From assembly GCA_003141835.1 (NCBI GenBank), contig PLNR01000005.1:126289-190288 (forward strand): a DNA stretch of 64,000 nucleotides. Direction: 5' to 3'. The stretch comes from Candidatus Omnitrophota bacterium (GTDB lineage Bacteria > Omnitrophota > Gorgyraeia > Pluralincolimonadales > Pluralincolimonadaceae). The position numbers and the translations under genes are program-made. The notes under the pieces are model-generated. The model did not search any database and was not told the DNA's origin. It was given only the letters and a program-made list of their open reading frames with translations. Position 1 is the first letter of the stretch; each line of letters begins with the position of its first letter. Shown one piece after another: positions 9,883-22,489 of the stretch.

Positions 9883-12693
9883 ATGATAGGAAAGATATTT
9901 TCAGCGGTAATAGGAACGCATAACGACAGGGAGCTCAAACGGATCAAGCCCAAGGCGGAGTTCATAACCTCCTTTGAGGAGAAGATCTCAAAGCTCTCAG
10001 ATGCCGAACTGCGCGCGAAGACAGGCGAGTTCAAGGCGAAGATCAAGGAGAAACTCAAGGATATTGACCTTAAGAATCTCGAGAAGTCCGAGCGCCGCAA
10101 GATAGAGACCGAGGCCCTCGAGGAGGTATTGCCTGAGGCGTTCGCGGTCGTGCGCGAGGCGGGCAAGAGGGTGACAGGGATGCGCCATTTTGACGTCCAG
10201 CTCATCGGCGGCATCGTTCTGCACGAGGGAAAGATATCCGAGATGGCTACCGGCGAAGGAAAGACGCTCGTCGCCACACTGCCTGCGTATTTGAACGCGC
10301 TGACCGGACTCGGCGTCCACATCGTCACCGTGAACGATTACCTGGCGAAACGCGACAGGTACTGGATGGGGCCGATATTCGAGTTCCTCGGGCTGACCGT
10401 CGGGATGATCCAGCACGACATGCACGACAGGGACCGCCAGGCCGCGTACAACAGCGATATAACCTACGGCACGAATAACGAATTCGGTTTCGATTACCTG
10501 CGCGACAATATGAAGTACCGGCTCGAGGACATGGTCCAGCGGCCGCTTCATTACGGCATCGTCGACGAGGTCGACTCTATACTCGTCGATGAGGCGAGGA
10601 CGCCGCTCATCATATCGGGCCCGGCCGAGGAATCGACGGATAAATATTATAAAGCCGCGACCATCGTCAGGGGCCTGGAGAAGGGCGAGAAAGACCCTGA
10701 TACGAAAGAAGAGTCCGGAGATTACGTGGTAGACGAGAAAGGCCACAGCGTCTGGCTGACCGAGCTGGGCGAGGCGAAGGTCGTCAAGGCCTGGGGGCTC
10801 AAGGATATGCATTCGATGGAATCGGTCGAGGAGAGGCATTGCGTCGAGAAGGCTCTCCTTGCCAAAGAGCTATATAAGCGCGACGTGCAGTACCTCATCA
10901 AGGACGGCGAGGTGATAATCGTCGACGAGTTCACAGGCCGCATGATGCCGGGCAGGAGATGGTCGGACGGGCTGCACCAGGCCGTCGAGGCGAAAGAGGG
11001 TGTTAAGATCGAGAGGGAGAACCAGACCCTCGCTACGATAACGTTCCAGAATTATTTCAGGATGTTCGACAAGCTCGCAGGCATGACCGGCACGGCCGCG
11101 ACAGAGGCCAACGAGTTCAGCCAGATATATAAGCTCGACGTGGTCGTGATACCGACGAACCGCCCGCTCATAAGGACGAACCATCCGGACAGCATCTATA
11201 AGTCCGAGAAAGAGAAATTCAACGCGGCCGCGGATGAGATCGCGCAGTTATACGAAAAGGGCCAGCCTGTCCTGGTCGGCACCATCTCGATCGATAAATC
11301 CGAGCGCCTGAGCAGCATGCTGCAGCGCCGCGGGATACCGCACCAGGTATTGAACGCGAAGTACCACGAGTCGGAGGCGCTTATAGTCGCGCAGGCCGGG
11401 CGGTATAAGGCGATCACTATCGCGACGAACATGGCCGGCCGAGGCACCGATATTTTGCTTGGCGGCAACGCGGAATACATGGTCTATGAGTATTTCAAGC
11501 AGAAGGGGATCGAGCCCGAGGCGATCGACCCGAAAGAAAAAGCCGAGATGATGGCGAAGTTCAAGTTGAAGGTCGAGGACGAGCATAACAAGGTCATAGC
11601 GGTAGGCGGCCTGCACGTCCTCGGCACGGAGCGGCACGAGGCGCGGCGCATCGATAACCAGCTGCGCGGAAGGTGCGGCCGGCAGGGAGACCCCGGCTCA
11701 TCGAGGTTCTATCTTTCGCTTGAGGACGACCTGATGAGGATATTCGGCTCGGACAGGATAAAGTACATAATGGAAAAATTGGGGATGGAAGAGGGCCAGC
11801 CGATTGAGCATCCCATCGTCTCGAAATCGATAGAGACCGCCCAGAAACGCGTCGAAGCGCACAATTTCGAGATAAGGAAACAGCTGCTCGAATACGATAA
11901 CGTAATGAACAAGCAGAGGGAGGTAATCTACTCGGAGAGGCGCGCGATACTCGAGGGAAAGGACATCGAGGAATACATTGCCGCGATGATAGAGAACGGC
12001 CTCGACTCGGCGATGGATACCTACCTCAACGAGAAGGCGCATGCCGAGGAGTGGGATACTAAAGGTTTCTCGGAATGGTTCCGCGGGAAATTCGGTTTCG
12101 ACCTTCCCGTCAACCGGGAGGAATTGTTCGCGGCGCAGCGCCACGACATAAGGGCGCGGCTCCTTGATATAGTAAACAAATTTTACGAAAAGAGGGAGTT
12201 TGTCCTCGGCGCGGACGTGGCCAGGCATATCGAGAAGACGATACTGCTCGACATGATCGACTCTAAATGGAAGGATCATCTCTACACGATGGACCTGCTC
12301 AAGGAAGGTATAGGCCTGCGCGCGTACGGACAGGTCGACCCGCTCGTAGAATACAAGAACGAGGGCTTCGCGATGTTCGAGGAGATGATGAACAGGATAC
12401 AGGATGACGCCCTCGAATTCATATTTAAAGTACAGGTAGCTACCCAGGAGAAGCCGAGAGGCGTCTTCGAATCCGTCCCCCAGCAGATGATACACAGGGA
12501 GATGGGCTCGCTCGCATCAAGGATATCCCAGCTGCCAGCAGAAAATGGAGACGCTGGGACTTCGCCTCAGGCCGCTGCGAGGCCGCCGGACGCGAAACAG
12601 GCGCCCGTCGAAAGGGAAGCACCCAAAGTGGGCAGGAATGACCCGTGCCCGTGCGGGAGCGGAAAGAAATATAAAAAATGCTGCGGCGTCTAG
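9883..12693 (+). CDS. secA: Preprotein translocase ATPase SecA
   Basis: [37 protein letters not shown]-terminal [22 protein letters not shown]. Confidence 0.98.
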   Translation: MIGKIFSAVIGTHNDRELKRIKPKAEFITSFEEKISKLSDAELRAKTGEFKAKIKEKLKDIDLKNLEKSERRKIETEALEEVLPEAFAVVREAGKRVTGMRHFDVQLIGGIVLHEGKISEMATGEGKTLVATLPAYLNALTGLGVHIVTVNDYLAKRDRYWMGPIFEFLGLTVGMIQHDMHDRDRQAAYNSDITYGTNNEFGFDYLRDNMKYRLEDMVQRPLHYGIVDEVDSILVDEARTPLIISGPAEESTDKYYKAATIVRGLEKGEKDPDTKEESGDYVVDEKGHSVWLTELGEAKVVKAWGLKDMHSMESVEERHCVEKALLAKELYKRDVQYLIKDGEVIIVDEFTGRMMPGRRWSDGLHQAVEAKEGVKIERENQTLATITFQNYFRMFDKLAGMTGTAATEANEFSQIYKLDVVVIPTNRPLIRTNHPDSIYKSEKEKFNAAADEIAQLYEKGQPVLVGTISIDKSERLSSMLQRRGIPHQVLNAKYHESEALIVAQAGRYKAITIATNMAGRGTDILLGGNAEYMVYEYFKQKGIEPEAIDPKEKAEMMAKFKLKVEDEHNKVIAVGGLHVLGTERHEARRIDNQLRGRCGRQGDPGSSRFYLSLEDDLMRIFGSDRIKYIMEKLGMEEGQPIEHPIVSKSIETAQKRVEAHNFEIRKQLLEYDNVMNKQREVIYSERRAILEGKDIEEYIAAMIENGLDSAMDTYLNEKAHAEEWDTKGFSEWFRGKFGFDLPVNREELFAAQRHDIRARLLDIVNKFYEKREFVLGADVARHIEKTILLDMIDSKWKDHLYTMDLLKEGIGLRAYGQVDPLVEYKNEGFAMFEEMMNRIQDDALEFIFKVQVATQEKPRGVFESVPQQMIHREMGSLASRISQLPAENGDAGTSPQAAARPPDAKQAPVEREAPKVGRNDPCPCGSGKKYKKCCGV

Positions 12694-14231
12694 TCTTTTT
12701 ACCGTTATTGTCGGCTTTATTGCTGACGCTGTCGTATCCGGCGTTCAATTTCTCGTACCTCGCGTGGTTCGCGCTGATACCGGTGCTTATCGCGATCCGC
12801 GGAGAGAAACCGTGGCAGGCTTTTTTCACAGGTTACATAACAGGGTTATTATTCTTCGGCGCCACGCTCTACTGGGTCGGATATGTGGCGATAATAGGCG
12901 TAGTCGTCCTGGCGGCCTACCTTGCTTTCTTCTTCGGGATATTCGCGGTCGGCGTCGACATACTGGCCATGCAGTTCGAAAAGCCGCGCATAAGGTTCGC
13001 GGTGCTGGTGAGCTGCCTCTGGGTGGCGGTGGAATTCCTGAGGAGCCACCTCTTCACCGGCTTCGGATGGGCGCTGCTCGGCCACACTCAGTGGGACACC
13101 CTGCCGATAATACAGATAGCCGATGCGGCCGGCGCATACGGCGTTTCGTTTTTGATCGTCTTTACCAACGTCCTTATCTCCTCGAAGATAAAGAAGAAGA
13201 TAAAGGGCCATATGCCGGAGCCGAGATACCTGGCGCTCCTCGTGATAGTGCTGATAGTGGTAGCGATATACGGATATTACAAGGCCGACCAGAAGCTCGA
13301 AGGGGACCCGGTCAGGATATCGGTGATACAGGGGAACATCCCCCAGTCGGAGAAGTGGGATGAGAAATATGCCGACGCGATATTGAATAAATACATAGAC
13401 CTTACGAGAGAGGCGGCAAAGGATAAGCCGGACCTGATAATCTGGCCCGAGACGTCGGTCCCCGGGTTCCTCGAGACCGACCAGATCCTGCGGGAGAAGG
13501 TCACCGCCCTGGCGAAAGAGGTCAATGCATACCTGTTGGTAGGGACGCAGACCGAGAGGGTGCCGCAGAAGGTGCGTTATTTTAATAGCGCCGCCCTGAT
13601 ATCTAACAAGGGCGAGGTAGTCCAGCGCTACGACAAGATACACCTCGTTCCGTTCGGGGAATATGTCCCGATGGGAAACAGCTACTTATCTTTCATCAAG
13701 AAGCGCTACGACATGGGCGAGGATTATACTGCGGGGAAGGGTTACACGATATTCGAGATACCGACGCAGAAGGGCAAGCGGGTGAAATTCGGAGTCCTGA
13801 TATGTTTTGAGGACGTCTTCCCTGAGATATCGAGGGACTTCGTCCGGGCCGGTGCGGACTTCCTGGTCGTGATAACTAACGATGCGTGGTACATGAAGAC
13901 AGCGGCGCCGTTCCAGCACGCGCAGCCTTCTATTTTCCGCGCGGTCGAGAACAGGGTCAACGTGGTAAGGTGCGCGAATACCGGCTACTCGTGTTTTATA
14001 AACCAGGCCGGCAAGATAACGCAGGAGGTAAAGGATTTCAAAGGGGAGAAGATATTCGTTACGGGTTTCGCTACGGCGAATATAACCTCCGGGAAGGCGA
14101 AAACCCTGTATTTAAGGTACGGGGACGCCTTTGCCTGGCTATGTACCGGGTTTTTTTTGTTTGACTTAACCCTTTATTTTATTTATAATTATGTCAAGTC
14201 TGCACGTGAAAGGCAAGTCAAAAGGACCTAA
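12678..14231 (+). CDS. lnt: Apolipoprotein N-acyltransferase
   Basis: [38 protein letters not shown]. Confidence 0.95.
   Translation: MLRRLVFLPLLSALLLTLSYPAFNFSYLAWFALIPVLIAIRGEKPWQAFFTGYITGLLFFGATLYWVGYVAIIGVVVLAAYLAFFFGIFAVGVDILAMQFEKPRIRFAVLVSCLWVAVEFLRSHLFTGFGWALLGHTQWDTLPIIQIADAAGAYGVSFLIVFTNVLISSKIKKKIKGHMPEPRYLALLVIVLIVVAIYGYYKADQKLEGDPVRISVIQGNIPQSEKWDEKYADAILNKYIDLTREAAKDKPDLIIWPETSVPGFLETDQILREKVTALAKEVNAYLLVGTQTERVPQKVRYFNSAALISNKGEVVQRYDKIHLVPFGEYVPMGNSYLSFIKKRYDMGEDYTAGKGYTIFEIPTQKGKRVKFGVLICFEDVFPEISRDFVRAGADFLVVITNDAWYMKTAAPFQHAQPSIFRAVENRVNVVRCANTGYSCFINQAGKITQEVKDFKGEKIFVTGFATANITSGKAKTLYLRYGDAFAWLCTGFFLFDLTLYFIYNYVKSARERQVKRT
14161..14189 (+). promoter_or_regulatory. Internal sigma70-type promoter for lysS within the lnt 3' end
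   Basis: TTGACT (14161-14166), 17 bp AT-rich spacer, TATAAT (14184-14189). Confidence 0.65.
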
Positions 14232-14233
14232 AA

Positions 14234-15685
14234 TTGGAAGAAATAAACGACCTCATAAAACAAAGAATAATAAAACTCGGGAACCTGCGGGCGAGGGGCA
14301 TAGATCCTTACGGCGGGAAATTCGTTAAGTCGGTCAATATCAACGAGTTACTGGCGGATTTTGAGGATGCGGCCGCCCAATCCAGGGAAGTTACGGTCGC
14401 AGGCCGGGTGATGGCCGTGCGTTCGCACGGGAAATCCTGCTTTATCGACGTCAAGGATTCGACCGCGAAGATACAGAATTATATAAAAGCCGCCGAGCTT
14501 TCCGAGCTCGGCAGGACAGCCTTCGAGAACCTCGATATCGGCGACATCGTAGGGATAAAGGGCAAGGCATTCAAGACGAGGACCGGCGAACCGACGATAC
14601 ACGCCTCGGAATTCACGATGCTGTCGAAGTCGATCAGGCCGCTGCCCGAGAAATGGCACGGGCTCAAGGATATCGAGACGCGCTACCGCCAGAGATACGT
14701 CGACCTGATAGTCAACGAGGAGGTCAAGAAGGTCTTTGAGCTGCGCATCAAGATGATCGCGCGGATAAGGGCTTTCCTCGACGGCAAGGGATTCCTCGAG
14801 GTCGAGACGCCGATGATGCAGCCGATGCCGGGCGGCGCCACCGCGAAACCTTTCAAGACGCACCACGAGGCGCTCGGAATAGACCTCTACATGAGGATCG
14901 CCCCCGAACTTTATTTAAAAAGACTGTTGGTCGGCGGCTTCGAGAGGGTCTACGAGATAAACAGGAATTTCAGGAACGAGGGGATATCGCCGCGGCATAA
15001 TCCCGAGTTCACGATGATAGAGGTATACCAGGCATACGGCAATTGCGCCGACATGATAGACCTGACCGAGGAGCTTATCCTCGACGCGGCTCAGCACCTC
15101 TTCGGGAAATACAAGATCGCGCACGGCGAAGGCGAGATAGACCTGTCGCCGCCGTGGGAGAGGATACCTTTCCGCGAGGCGATATTGAAATATTCCGGGA
15201 TAGATTACAAGAAAGAGAAGGACCTGCGCAAAGTCGCGAAAGATATGGGGCTCGACGTAAGGGACGCCAAGCTCGACGAGGAAGTCGCCAACAAGATATT
15301 CGAAAAGACGGTCGAGCCGAAACTCCTGAAGCCGACGTTCATAATAGATTACCCGGCGATACTGTGCCCGCTCTCGAAGAAGAAGCCCGGCGAGCCGGAC
15401 CTGACCGAAAGGTTCGAACTCTTCATTTCAGGACAGGAGCTTGCCAACGCCTATTCCGAGCTTAACGACCCGATAGAGCAGAAGTCGAGGTTCGAGGAAC
15501 AGGCGGCGCATCCCGGCGAAGGCTTGAAGACCATAGACGAGGATTTTGTCCGCGCGCTCGAGTACGGCATGCCCCCGGCAGGCGGGCTCGGCATCGGGAT
15601 AGACAGGCTGGCGATGCTCTTCGCCAATTGCGATTCGATAAAGGACGTGATTTTCTTCCCGCAGCTTAAGCCGGAACAGCAGTAA
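14234..15685 (+). CDS. lysS: Lysine--tRNA ligase (class II)
   Basis: RYRQRYVDL, RIAPELYLKRL, FRNEG, HNPEFT, YGMPPAGGLGIGIDRL; TTG start. Confidence 0.97.
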   Translation: MEEINDLIKQRIIKLGNLRARGIDPYGGKFVKSVNINELLADFEDAAAQSREVTVAGRVMAVRSHGKSCFIDVKDSTAKIQNYIKAAELSELGRTAFENLDIGDIVGIKGKAFKTRTGEPTIHASEFTMLSKSIRPLPEKWHGLKDIETRYRQRYVDLIVNEEVKKVFELRIKMIARIRAFLDGKGFLEVETPMMQPMPGGATAKPFKTHHEALGIDLYMRIAPELYLKRLLVGGFERVYEINRNFRNEGISPRHNPEFTMIEVYQAYGNCADMIDLTEELILDAAQHLFGKYKIAHGEGEIDLSPPWERIPFREAILKYSGIDYKKEKDLRKVAKDMGLDVRDAKLDEEVANKIFEKTVEPKLLKPTFIIDYPAILCPLSKKKPGEPDLTERFELFISGQELANAYSELNDPIEQKSRFEEQAAHPGEGLKTIDEDFVRALEYGMPPAGGLGIGIDRLAMLFANCDSIKDVIFFPQLKPEQQ

Positions 15686-15703
15686 CCAAATAAATTTCTG
15701 GAT

Positions 15704-16888
15704 ATGCGTTACGAATTGTTAGTGGCTTCAAGATATCTCCTTGCCAAACGCAGGGAGAAATTCATATCGATAATCAGCCTGATCTCGGTGCTGGGTGTCG
15801 CGGTCGGGGTCTGCGCGCTCATAGTCGTCATCGGGGTGATGACCGGTTTCGACAACGAGCTGCGCGATAAGATAATCGGCGCGAATTCGCATATCATCGT
15901 CGAGCAGGAAGGCGGCATCGGGGATCCCGCCGCGCTTATCAAAAAGATTAGGACCGAGCCCCACGTTGTTTCCGCTTCACCTTTCCTCGACGGCCAGGCG
16001 TTCATCAGGGCGAAGGATACGATGCAGGGCATCTCGATAAGGGGTATCGTCGCCGAAGAAGAAGCCAAAGTATCGAAGCTCAGTTCCTATATCAAGTCCG
16101 GCTCTATGGCTGAGCTCAAGAACGACGGCATGCTGATAGGCACGGAGATGGCGCAGAGGTTCGCGCTTAAGCTCGGCGACACAGTTTCTGTCCTTTCTCC
16201 GGTGGACGGCTCATCGAAAGAATTCAAGGTCGCCGGGACATTCAATTCGGGTTATTACGAATACGATTCCGCGCTCGCTTTTGTGGACCTCAAGGACGCG
16301 CAGGAGCTCTTCGGCTACGAGGGAAAGGCCGGCGGGATCGGGGTAAAGTTAGACGACGAATATCTCGCGCCAGAGCTAAGGGTGAAATTACAGAAGGAGC
16401 TCGGTTTTCCTTTTTACGTAAAGACGTGGATAGACCTGAACAGGAGCCTCTTCTCGGCGTTGAAGCTCGAGAAGCTGGCGATGTTCTGGATATTGGCGCT
16501 GATCGTCACGGTCGCGTGCTTTAATATCGCGGCGACGATGATCATGGTCGTAATGGAGAAGACCAAAGATATCGGCATCCTCAAGGCTATAGGCGCGGCC
16601 AATAGTTCCATAAGGCTGATATTCACGCTCCAGGGATTCATAGTCGGGGCGGTCGGGACCGCGCTCGGAACGGCCGGCGGGCTGGGCCTCGGGTACCTGC
16701 TCGAGAAGTACCAGTTCATCAAGCTCCCGAGGGATATCTATTACATAGACAGGTTTCCCGTGGATATACAATACACGGACGTGGCCGTGATAGTGGCCGC
16801 GGCGCTGGCGATAAGTTTGCTGGCTTGCCTCTATCCGGCATGGCAGGCCTCGCGCCTGAACCCGGTAGATGCGCTTCGGTACGAATAG
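15704..16888 (+). CDS. lolC: Lipoprotein-releasing ABC transporter permease LolC/LolE
   Basis: FISIISLISVLGVAVGV, EKTKDIGILKAIGA, PVDALRYE. Confidence 0.88.
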   Translation: MRYELLVASRYLLAKRREKFISIISLISVLGVAVGVCALIVVIGVMTGFDNELRDKIIGANSHIIVEQEGGIGDPAALIKKIRTEPHVVSASPFLDGQAFIRAKDTMQGISIRGIVAEEEAKVSKLSSYIKSGSMAELKNDGMLIGTEMAQRFALKLGDTVSVLSPVDGSSKEFKVAGTFNSGYYEYDSALAFVDLKDAQELFGYEGKAGGIGVKLDDEYLAPELRVKLQKELGFPFYVKTWIDLNRSLFSALKLEKLAMFWILALIVTVACFNIAATMIMVVMEKTKDIGILKAIGAANSSIRLIFTLQGFIVGAVGTALGTAGGLGLGYLLEKYQFIKLPRDIYYIDRFPVDIQYTDVAVIVAAALAISLLACLYPAWQASRLNPVDALRYE

Positions 16889-16889
16889 G

Positions 16890-17555
16890 ATGATACAGGC
16901 GAAGGGTCTTAGAAAAATATACAGGAACGGCGCGAAGGAACTCGAGGTGCTGAAGGGCATAGACCTCAAGGTCGCCAAAAGCGAGGTCCTCGCGGTGCTC
17001 GGGCCGTCAGGCGCCGGCAAGTCGACCCTGCTCCATCTTTTGGGCGGGCTCGATACGCCGACCGCCGGTGAGGTCATGATAGACGGCACGGATATCTACG
17101 CGCTCGGCGACACGGAGCGCGCGAAGGTAAGGAACAGGAAGATAGGTTTCGTGTTCCAGTTCTATCACTTGCTCCCGGAATTCGACGCGCTAGAGAACGT
17201 TATGTTCCCGTTGTTGATAAAAGGCGGGGACGGGAAGAACTTGCGTGGGAAGGGAGCCGTATTGTTGAAAGCGGTGGGGCTCGAGGACAGGATGAACCAC
17301 AGGCCTGGAGAGCTATCCGGAGGGGAACAACAGCGCGTGGCGATAGCCAGGGCGCTTATAAACGAGCCGGAACTCCTCCTATGCGACGAGCCGACCGGCA
17401 ACCTCGATTCCGAGTCGGGGGAGAAGATAATTGAGTTGTTGTGGGAACTCAATAAAAGTCGTAAAATGACATTAATGATAGTGACCCATGACGCGCAGAT
17501 AGCCAAGGCAGCGCAGCGGGTCCTGCACATAAGGGACGGAAAAATAATCCAATGA
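16890..17555 (+). CDS. lolD: Lipoprotein-releasing ABC transporter ATPase
   Basis: [35 protein letters not shown]; ATG 16890 directly after lolC. Confidence 0.92.
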   Translation: MIQAKGLRKIYRNGAKELEVLKGIDLKVAKSEVLAVLGPSGAGKSTLLHLLGGLDTPTAGEVMIDGTDIYALGDTERAKVRNRKIGFVFQFYHLLPEFDALENVMFPLLIKGGDGKNLRGKGAVLLKAVGLEDRMNHRPGELSGGEQQRVAIARALINEPELLLCDEPTGNLDSESGEKIIELLWELNKSRKMTLMIVTHDAQIAKAAQRVLHIRDGKIIQ

Positions 17556-17568
17556 CAAGGAGAGGATA

Positions 17569-18441
17569 ATGGGACTGAAAATCTATATCGACGGTAAATT
17601 CCACGAGAGCGAGGACGCGAAGATCTCGGTCTTCGACCACGGCCTGCTTTACGGGGACGGCGTCTTCGAGGGCATCCGCACCTACGACGGGCTGATCTTC
17701 AAGATGAAGGAGCATATCGACAGGCTCTACCAGTCCGCGCACGCGATCATGCTCGAGATCCCCATGACTAAAGAGGAGATGACCGAGGCGGTCAAGAAGA
17801 CCCTGCGCGAGAACCAGATGAAGGATTCCTATATCAGGCTTATCGTCACGCGCGGCATCGGCGACCTCGGGCTCGACCCGAGGAAATGCCCGAAACCGAC
17901 CGTCATCATCATTACCGACAAGATCAAGCTCTACCACCAGGAATTATACGAGAAGGGCCTTGAGATCGTGACCATCTCGACGCAGAGGAATATCCACGAG
18001 TCTGTCAACCCGCAGATCAAGTCGCTCAATTACCTTAACAACATCCTCGCAAAGGTCGAGGCGATCAACGCGGGCGTCGAGGAGGCGGTTATGCTCAATT
18101 CCGAGGGTTATGTCGCGGAATGCACTGGCGATAATATCTTCATCGTCAAGAACGGCGCGATCTTCACTCCACCCGTCCACAGCGGTGTCCTGCGCGGCAT
18201 CACGCGCGGCGCGGTCATCGATATCGCGCACTTAAAGGAGATCCCTATCCACGAGGAGGTCATGACAAGGTACGACCTCTTTAACGCGGATGAGATGTTC
18301 CTTACCGGGACCGCGGCCGAGATCATCCCTGTCGTCAAGATGGACAGGCGCAAGATCGGCGACGGCAAGCCCGGGAAGATGACGGCGAAGCTCATAACGG
18401 AATTCCATAAGCTTACAAAGGTCGACGGCGTGAGGTTCTGA
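17569..18441 (+). CDS. ilvE: Branched-chain amino acid aminotransferase
   Basis: [29 protein letters not shown]. Confidence 0.93.
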   Translation: MGLKIYIDGKFHESEDAKISVFDHGLLYGDGVFEGIRTYDGLIFKMKEHIDRLYQSAHAIMLEIPMTKEEMTEAVKKTLRENQMKDSYIRLIVTRGIGDLGLDPRKCPKPTVIIITDKIKLYHQELYEKGLEIVTISTQRNIHESVNPQIKSLNYLNNILAKVEAINAGVEEAVMLNSEGYVAECTGDNIFIVKNGAIFTPPVHSGVLRGITRGAVIDIAHLKEIPIHEEVMTRYDLFNADEMFLTGTAAEIIPVVKMDRRKIGDGKPGKMTAKLITEFHKLTKVDGVRF

Positions 18442-18947
18442 TGATCTGCCAGGTCTGCGGCAAGAGCGAGGCCACGGTCGAGTTCACCGAGATAATAGAT
18501 GACGAAGTGAAACAGCTCCACCTTTGCGACGGGTGCGCGAAGGAGAAGGGCATCGAGATGGAGCAGAACTTCAGCATCTCCGACCTCCTTGCCGGGATAA
18601 GCGGCCTCGAGGAAAAACCGTCCGGCGAAGAGCTCTCCGTAAAATGCCCCAAATGCGGAATGACATTCGAGAACTTCCGGAAGATAGGCCGGCTCGGCTG
18701 CGGCGAATGTTACAGCGCGTTCAGGAAGAACCTGCTGCCGCTTTTAAAGCGCATCCACGGCTCGACCAGGCACATCGGGAAATCTCCCAAGGAGATCGAC
18801 GAGACCGACGGGAAGAAGAAGATATCCGAGGCGCAGGAATTGCGGCAAAAGCTCCAGCGCGCCATAGATATGGAAGAGTTCGAGGAGGCTGCAAGGCTCC
18901 GCGACATGATAAGGTCGCTCGAAAAGAAGGCTAAAGACAAGCCATGA
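18441..18947 (+). CDS. mcsA: Protein-arginine kinase activator McsA
   Basis: Four CxxC motifs, GRLGCGECY, C-terminal UVR domain. Confidence 0.92.
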   Translation: MICQVCGKSEATVEFTEIIDDEVKQLHLCDGCAKEKGIEMEQNFSISDLLAGISGLEEKPSGEELSVKCPKCGMTFENFRKIGRLGCGECYSAFRKNLLPLLKRIHGSTRHIGKSPKEIDETDGKKKISEAQELRQKLQRAIDMEEFEEAARLRDMIRSLEKKAKDKP

Positions 18948-19993
18948 CCTTAGGCGAGCTTTGGGACCAGACAGGCGAATGGCTTAAGGGTGCCGGCCCG
19001 GACCCTGATATAGTCATGTCCTCGCGAGTTAGGCTGGCCAGGAACCTGGCCAAGTACCCTTTCCCGCACTGGGCGCCGGCCGAGCAGCTCGAGGGCGTCA
19101 TTTCGGATTTTGAGGGCGCCTATAAAAAGGCGGATTACTTTAAAGGGGCCTTATTCTTAAGGATCGACGCGCTCGACAGCATAGAGAAACAGATGCTGAT
19201 CGAGAGGCATCTCATAAGCAGGGAGCACATAGCCAATCCCGAGCATAAAGCGGTCCTCATAAGCGAACGCGAGATAATAAGCATCATGGTCAACGAGGAG
19301 GACCACCTGCGCATACAGGTCCTCCAGTCGGGCCTGAACCTGCACGACACATGGAAGCTCGCCGACAAAATAGACGAGGAGCTGGAACAGAACCTCGAAT
19401 TTGCGGTCTCATCGGATCTGGGTTACCTGACATGCTGCCCGACTAACGTCGGGACCGGGTTGAGGGCTTCGTGCATGGCCCATCTGCCTGCGCTGGTCAT
19501 GACGAAGCAGGCCGGCAGGATCATACAGGCGATAAGCAAACTTGGCATGACCGCCCGCGGCTTATTCGGCGAGGGGACCGAGGCATACGGGAATTTTTTC
19601 CAGATATCGAACCAGGTCACTCTCGGGCATTCGGAAGAGGAGATAGTCGATAACCTCGAGCGGATAATGAAACAGATAATAGAGCAGGAGAACGCAGCCA
19701 GGAACTCGGTATTCGCGAACCAGAGGCTGCTTTTGGAAGACAGGATTTCCCGGTCGCTGGCCGAACTGAAGAGCGCGAAACTCATAAGCAGCGAGGAAGC
19801 GCTGAACCTGCTTTCCGTGATAAGGCTTGGCGCGGACCTTGGGGTGATAAAGGGCCTGGACCGCAGGATGTTAAACGATCTTTTCATACAGATACAACCC
19901 GCCCATCTCCAGAAGAAAGAAGGCAAGCGCCTGTCTGCCGAGGAGAGGGATGTGGTGCGCGCGGAGTTCATATCAAAAAAATTCAATATATAG
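18944..19993 (+). CDS. mcsB: Protein-arginine kinase McsB
   Basis: SSRVRLARN, NEEDHLRIQ, CPTNVGTGLRAS, QISNQVTLG. Confidence 0.95.
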   Translation: MTLGELWDQTGEWLKGAGPDPDIVMSSRVRLARNLAKYPFPHWAPAEQLEGVISDFEGAYKKADYFKGALFLRIDALDSIEKQMLIERHLISREHIANPEHKAVLISEREIISIMVNEEDHLRIQVLQSGLNLHDTWKLADKIDEELEQNLEFAVSSDLGYLTCCPTNVGTGLRASCMAHLPALVMTKQAGRIIQAISKLGMTARGLFGEGTEAYGNFFQISNQVTLGHSEEEIVDNLERIMKQIIEQENAARNSVFANQRLLLEDRISRSLAELKSAKLISSEEALNLLSVIRLGADLGVIKGLDRRMLNDLFIQIQPAHLQKKEGKRLSAEERDVVRAEFISKKFNI

Positions 19994-20018
19994 GCCTTAT
20001 TCTTGAGGAGGACAACTC

Positions 20019-22463
20019 ATGAACATGTTTTCAAGGTTTACCGAAAGGGCGAGGAAGGTCATAATCCTCGCGAAGGAAGAAGCCAAGAGGTTTAACCACG
20101 ATTACATAGGGACAGAGCATATACTGCTGGGGCTGATAAAAGAAGGCGAAGGCGTGGCCGCCGCCGTGTTGCAGAATCTCGGCCTGAGCCTCGAGGCGAT
20201 ACGCCTCGAAGTGGAAAAGATCGTCCAGCCCGGCCCGCCTACGGTCGTCTCCGGGGATATCCCGTTCACCCCGAAAGCGAAGAAGGTCATCGAGCTCGCG
20301 ACAGACGAAGCCAGGAACCTCGGGCATAATTATATCGGCACCGAACACCTGCTCCTCGGCCTAATACGCGAGGGCGAGGGTGTGGCCAGCCAGGTCCTGA
20401 CCAACTTAGGGCTGGACTTGAACAGGGTCAGGCAGGAGGTCATGTCGCTTTTAGGTTCTGCCGCCCCGGGTTTCACGCAGCAGCAGGCGCAGGCGAAGAC
20501 CAAGACCCCCTCGCTGGACGCATTCGGCAGGGACCTGACGACGCTTGCCCGCGACGGGAAGCTCGACCCGGTCATCGGGCGCAAGGACGAGATAGAGCGC
20601 GTCATCCAGATACTCTCCCGCAGGACGAAAAATAACCCGGTGCTCCTCGGCGAAGCAGGCGTCGGCAAGACCGCGATAGTCGAAGGCCTGGCGCAGAAGA
20701 TCATAAAAGGCGATATCCCCGAGATACTGCGCGATAAGAGGGTGATAATCCTCGATCTCGCGATGATGGTGGCTGGCACGAAATACAGGGGGCAGTTCGA
20801 GGAGCGCATAAAGGCGGTAATGGACGAGATAAAACGTTCCGAGAATATAATCATATTTATCGACGAACTGCACACGCTGGTCGGGGCAGGCGGCGCCGAA
20901 GGGGCGATAGACGCATCCAACATCCTGAAACCGGCGTTATCGCGCGGGGAGATACAATGCATCGGCGCGACGACCCTCGATGAATTCAGGAAACACATAG
21001 AGAAAGACGCTGCGCTGGAGCGCAGGTTCCAGACGATCATGGTCGAGCCGCCGAGCGTCGACGAGACGATAGAGATATTGAAGGGCTTGAGGGATAAATA
21101 CGAGGCTCACCACAAGGTGAAATTCACCGACGAGGCGTTAGTGGCCGCGGCGAAGCTTTCCGACCAGTATATATCCGGCCGTTACCTGCCTGATAAGGCG
21201 ATAGATCTCATAGACGAAGCGGGCTCCCGCGCGCGCCTGAGCGTGATGACCACTCCTCCTGACATCAAGGAAGTCGAGAAGGAGATGGACCAGGTACGCA
21301 AGGAGAAAGAGGCCGCGGTAAAAGGCCAGGATTTCGAGAAAGCGGCGGGCCTGCGCGATACGGAACGCGAGTTGAAAGGCCGGCTCGAGAAGGGCCGGAA
21401 GGAATGGTCGAAATCAAAGGCCGAGGCGTACCCGCAGGTGGGTGAGGAGGAGATCGCCGAGATAACCGCGAAATGGACGGGCATCCCGATCGTAAAGCTC
21501 GAGGAAAAAGAAAGCGTAAAACTCCTCAAGATGGAAGAAGAGCTCCATTCGCGCGTCATCGGGCAGGACGAGGCGATAAATGCGATAGCCAACGCAGTCA
21601 GGCGTTCGCGCGCCGGCTTGAAGGACCCGAAGAGGCCGATAGGCTCGTTCGTATTCCTCGGGCCGACCGGCGTCGGCAAGACCCTCCTTGCAAAGGCGCT
21701 CGCCGGGTTCATGTTCGGAGACGAGGACGCGATAATACAGGTCGACATGTCCGAATATATGGAAAAATTCAATGTCTCGAGGCTCGTCGGAGCTCCCCCC
21801 GGTTACGTTGGCTATGAAGAGGGTGGCCAGCTTACCGAGAAGGTCAGGCGCCGCCCGTATTCGGTCGTCCTGCTCGACGAGATCGAGAAGGCGCATCCGG
21901 ACGTATTCAATATACTTTTACAGGTCCTCGAGGAGGGCCGGCTTACCGATTCTTTCGGGAGGCGCGTCGATTTCAAGAACACGATACTCATCATGACCTC
22001 AAACCTCGGCGCCGAGATGTTCAAGAAACAGGGCTCACTAGGGTTCAAGTCCGAGAAGGAAGAGGTGACCTACCAGACGATGAAGACGAAACTCCTCGAC
22101 GAGGTCAAGAGGACATTCAAACCCGAATTTCTCAACAGGGTAGACGATATAATAGTCTTCAAGCCGCTTACCAAGGACGACCTTTATAAGATCGTGGAAC
22201 TGGAGATCGCCGAGGTGAAGAAAAGGCTCAAAGACCAACACGGCATAACCTCAGAGCTCAATAAAGCGGCTATAGATTTCCTGATAGAAAAAGGGTTCGA
22301 TCCCGTATACGGCGCGAGGCCGATAAAGAGGACGATACAGAGGTTCGTCGAGGATCCCCTGGCCGAGGAGATAATCTCCGGCAGGCTGCATAAGGGAAAG
22401 TCCGTCAAGGTAGGCGCGAAAGTAGACCATCTGATTTTTGAGCAAGTCCCGTTAGGGACCTAA
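20019..22463 (+). CDS. clpC: ATP-dependent Clp protease ATPase ClpC
   Basis: Two Clp-N repeats, GEAGVGKT and GPTGVGKT Walker A motifs, UVR middle domain. Confidence 0.96.
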   Translation: MNMFSRFTERARKVIILAKEEAKRFNHDYIGTEHILLGLIKEGEGVAAAVLQNLGLSLEAIRLEVEKIVQPGPPTVVSGDIPFTPKAKKVIELATDEARNLGHNYIGTEHLLLGLIREGEGVASQVLTNLGLDLNRVRQEVMSLLGSAAPGFTQQQAQAKTKTPSLDAFGRDLTTLARDGKLDPVIGRKDEIERVIQILSRRTKNNPVLLGEAGVGKTAIVEGLAQKIIKGDIPEILRDKRVIILDLAMMVAGTKYRGQFEERIKAVMDEIKRSENIIIFIDELHTLVGAGGAEGAIDASNILKPALSRGEIQCIGATTLDEFRKHIEKDAALERRFQTIMVEPPSVDETIEILKGLRDKYEAHHKVKFTDEALVAAAKLSDQYISGRYLPDKAIDLIDEAGSRARLSVMTTPPDIKEVEKEMDQVRKEKEAAVKGQDFEKAAGLRDTERELKGRLEKGRKEWSKSKAEAYPQVGEEEIAEITAKWTGIPIVKLEEKESVKLLKMEEELHSRVIGQDEAINAIANAVRRSRAGLKDPKRPIGSFVFLGPTGVGKTLLAKALAGFMFGDEDAIIQVDMSEYMEKFNVSRLVGAPPGYVGYEEGGQLTEKVRRRPYSVVLLDEIEKAHPDVFNILLQVLEEGRLTDSFGRRVDFKNTILIMTSNLGAEMFKKQGSLGFKSEKEEVTYQTMKTKLLDEVKRTFKPEFLNRVDDIIVFKPLTKDDLYKIVELEIAEVKKRLKDQHGITSELNKAAIDFLIEKGFDPVYGARPIKRTIQRFVEDPLAEEIISGRLHKGKSVKVGAKVDHLIFEQVPLGT

Positions 22464-22489
22464 CTTGAAAAACCGGAGGCGGGGCTGAT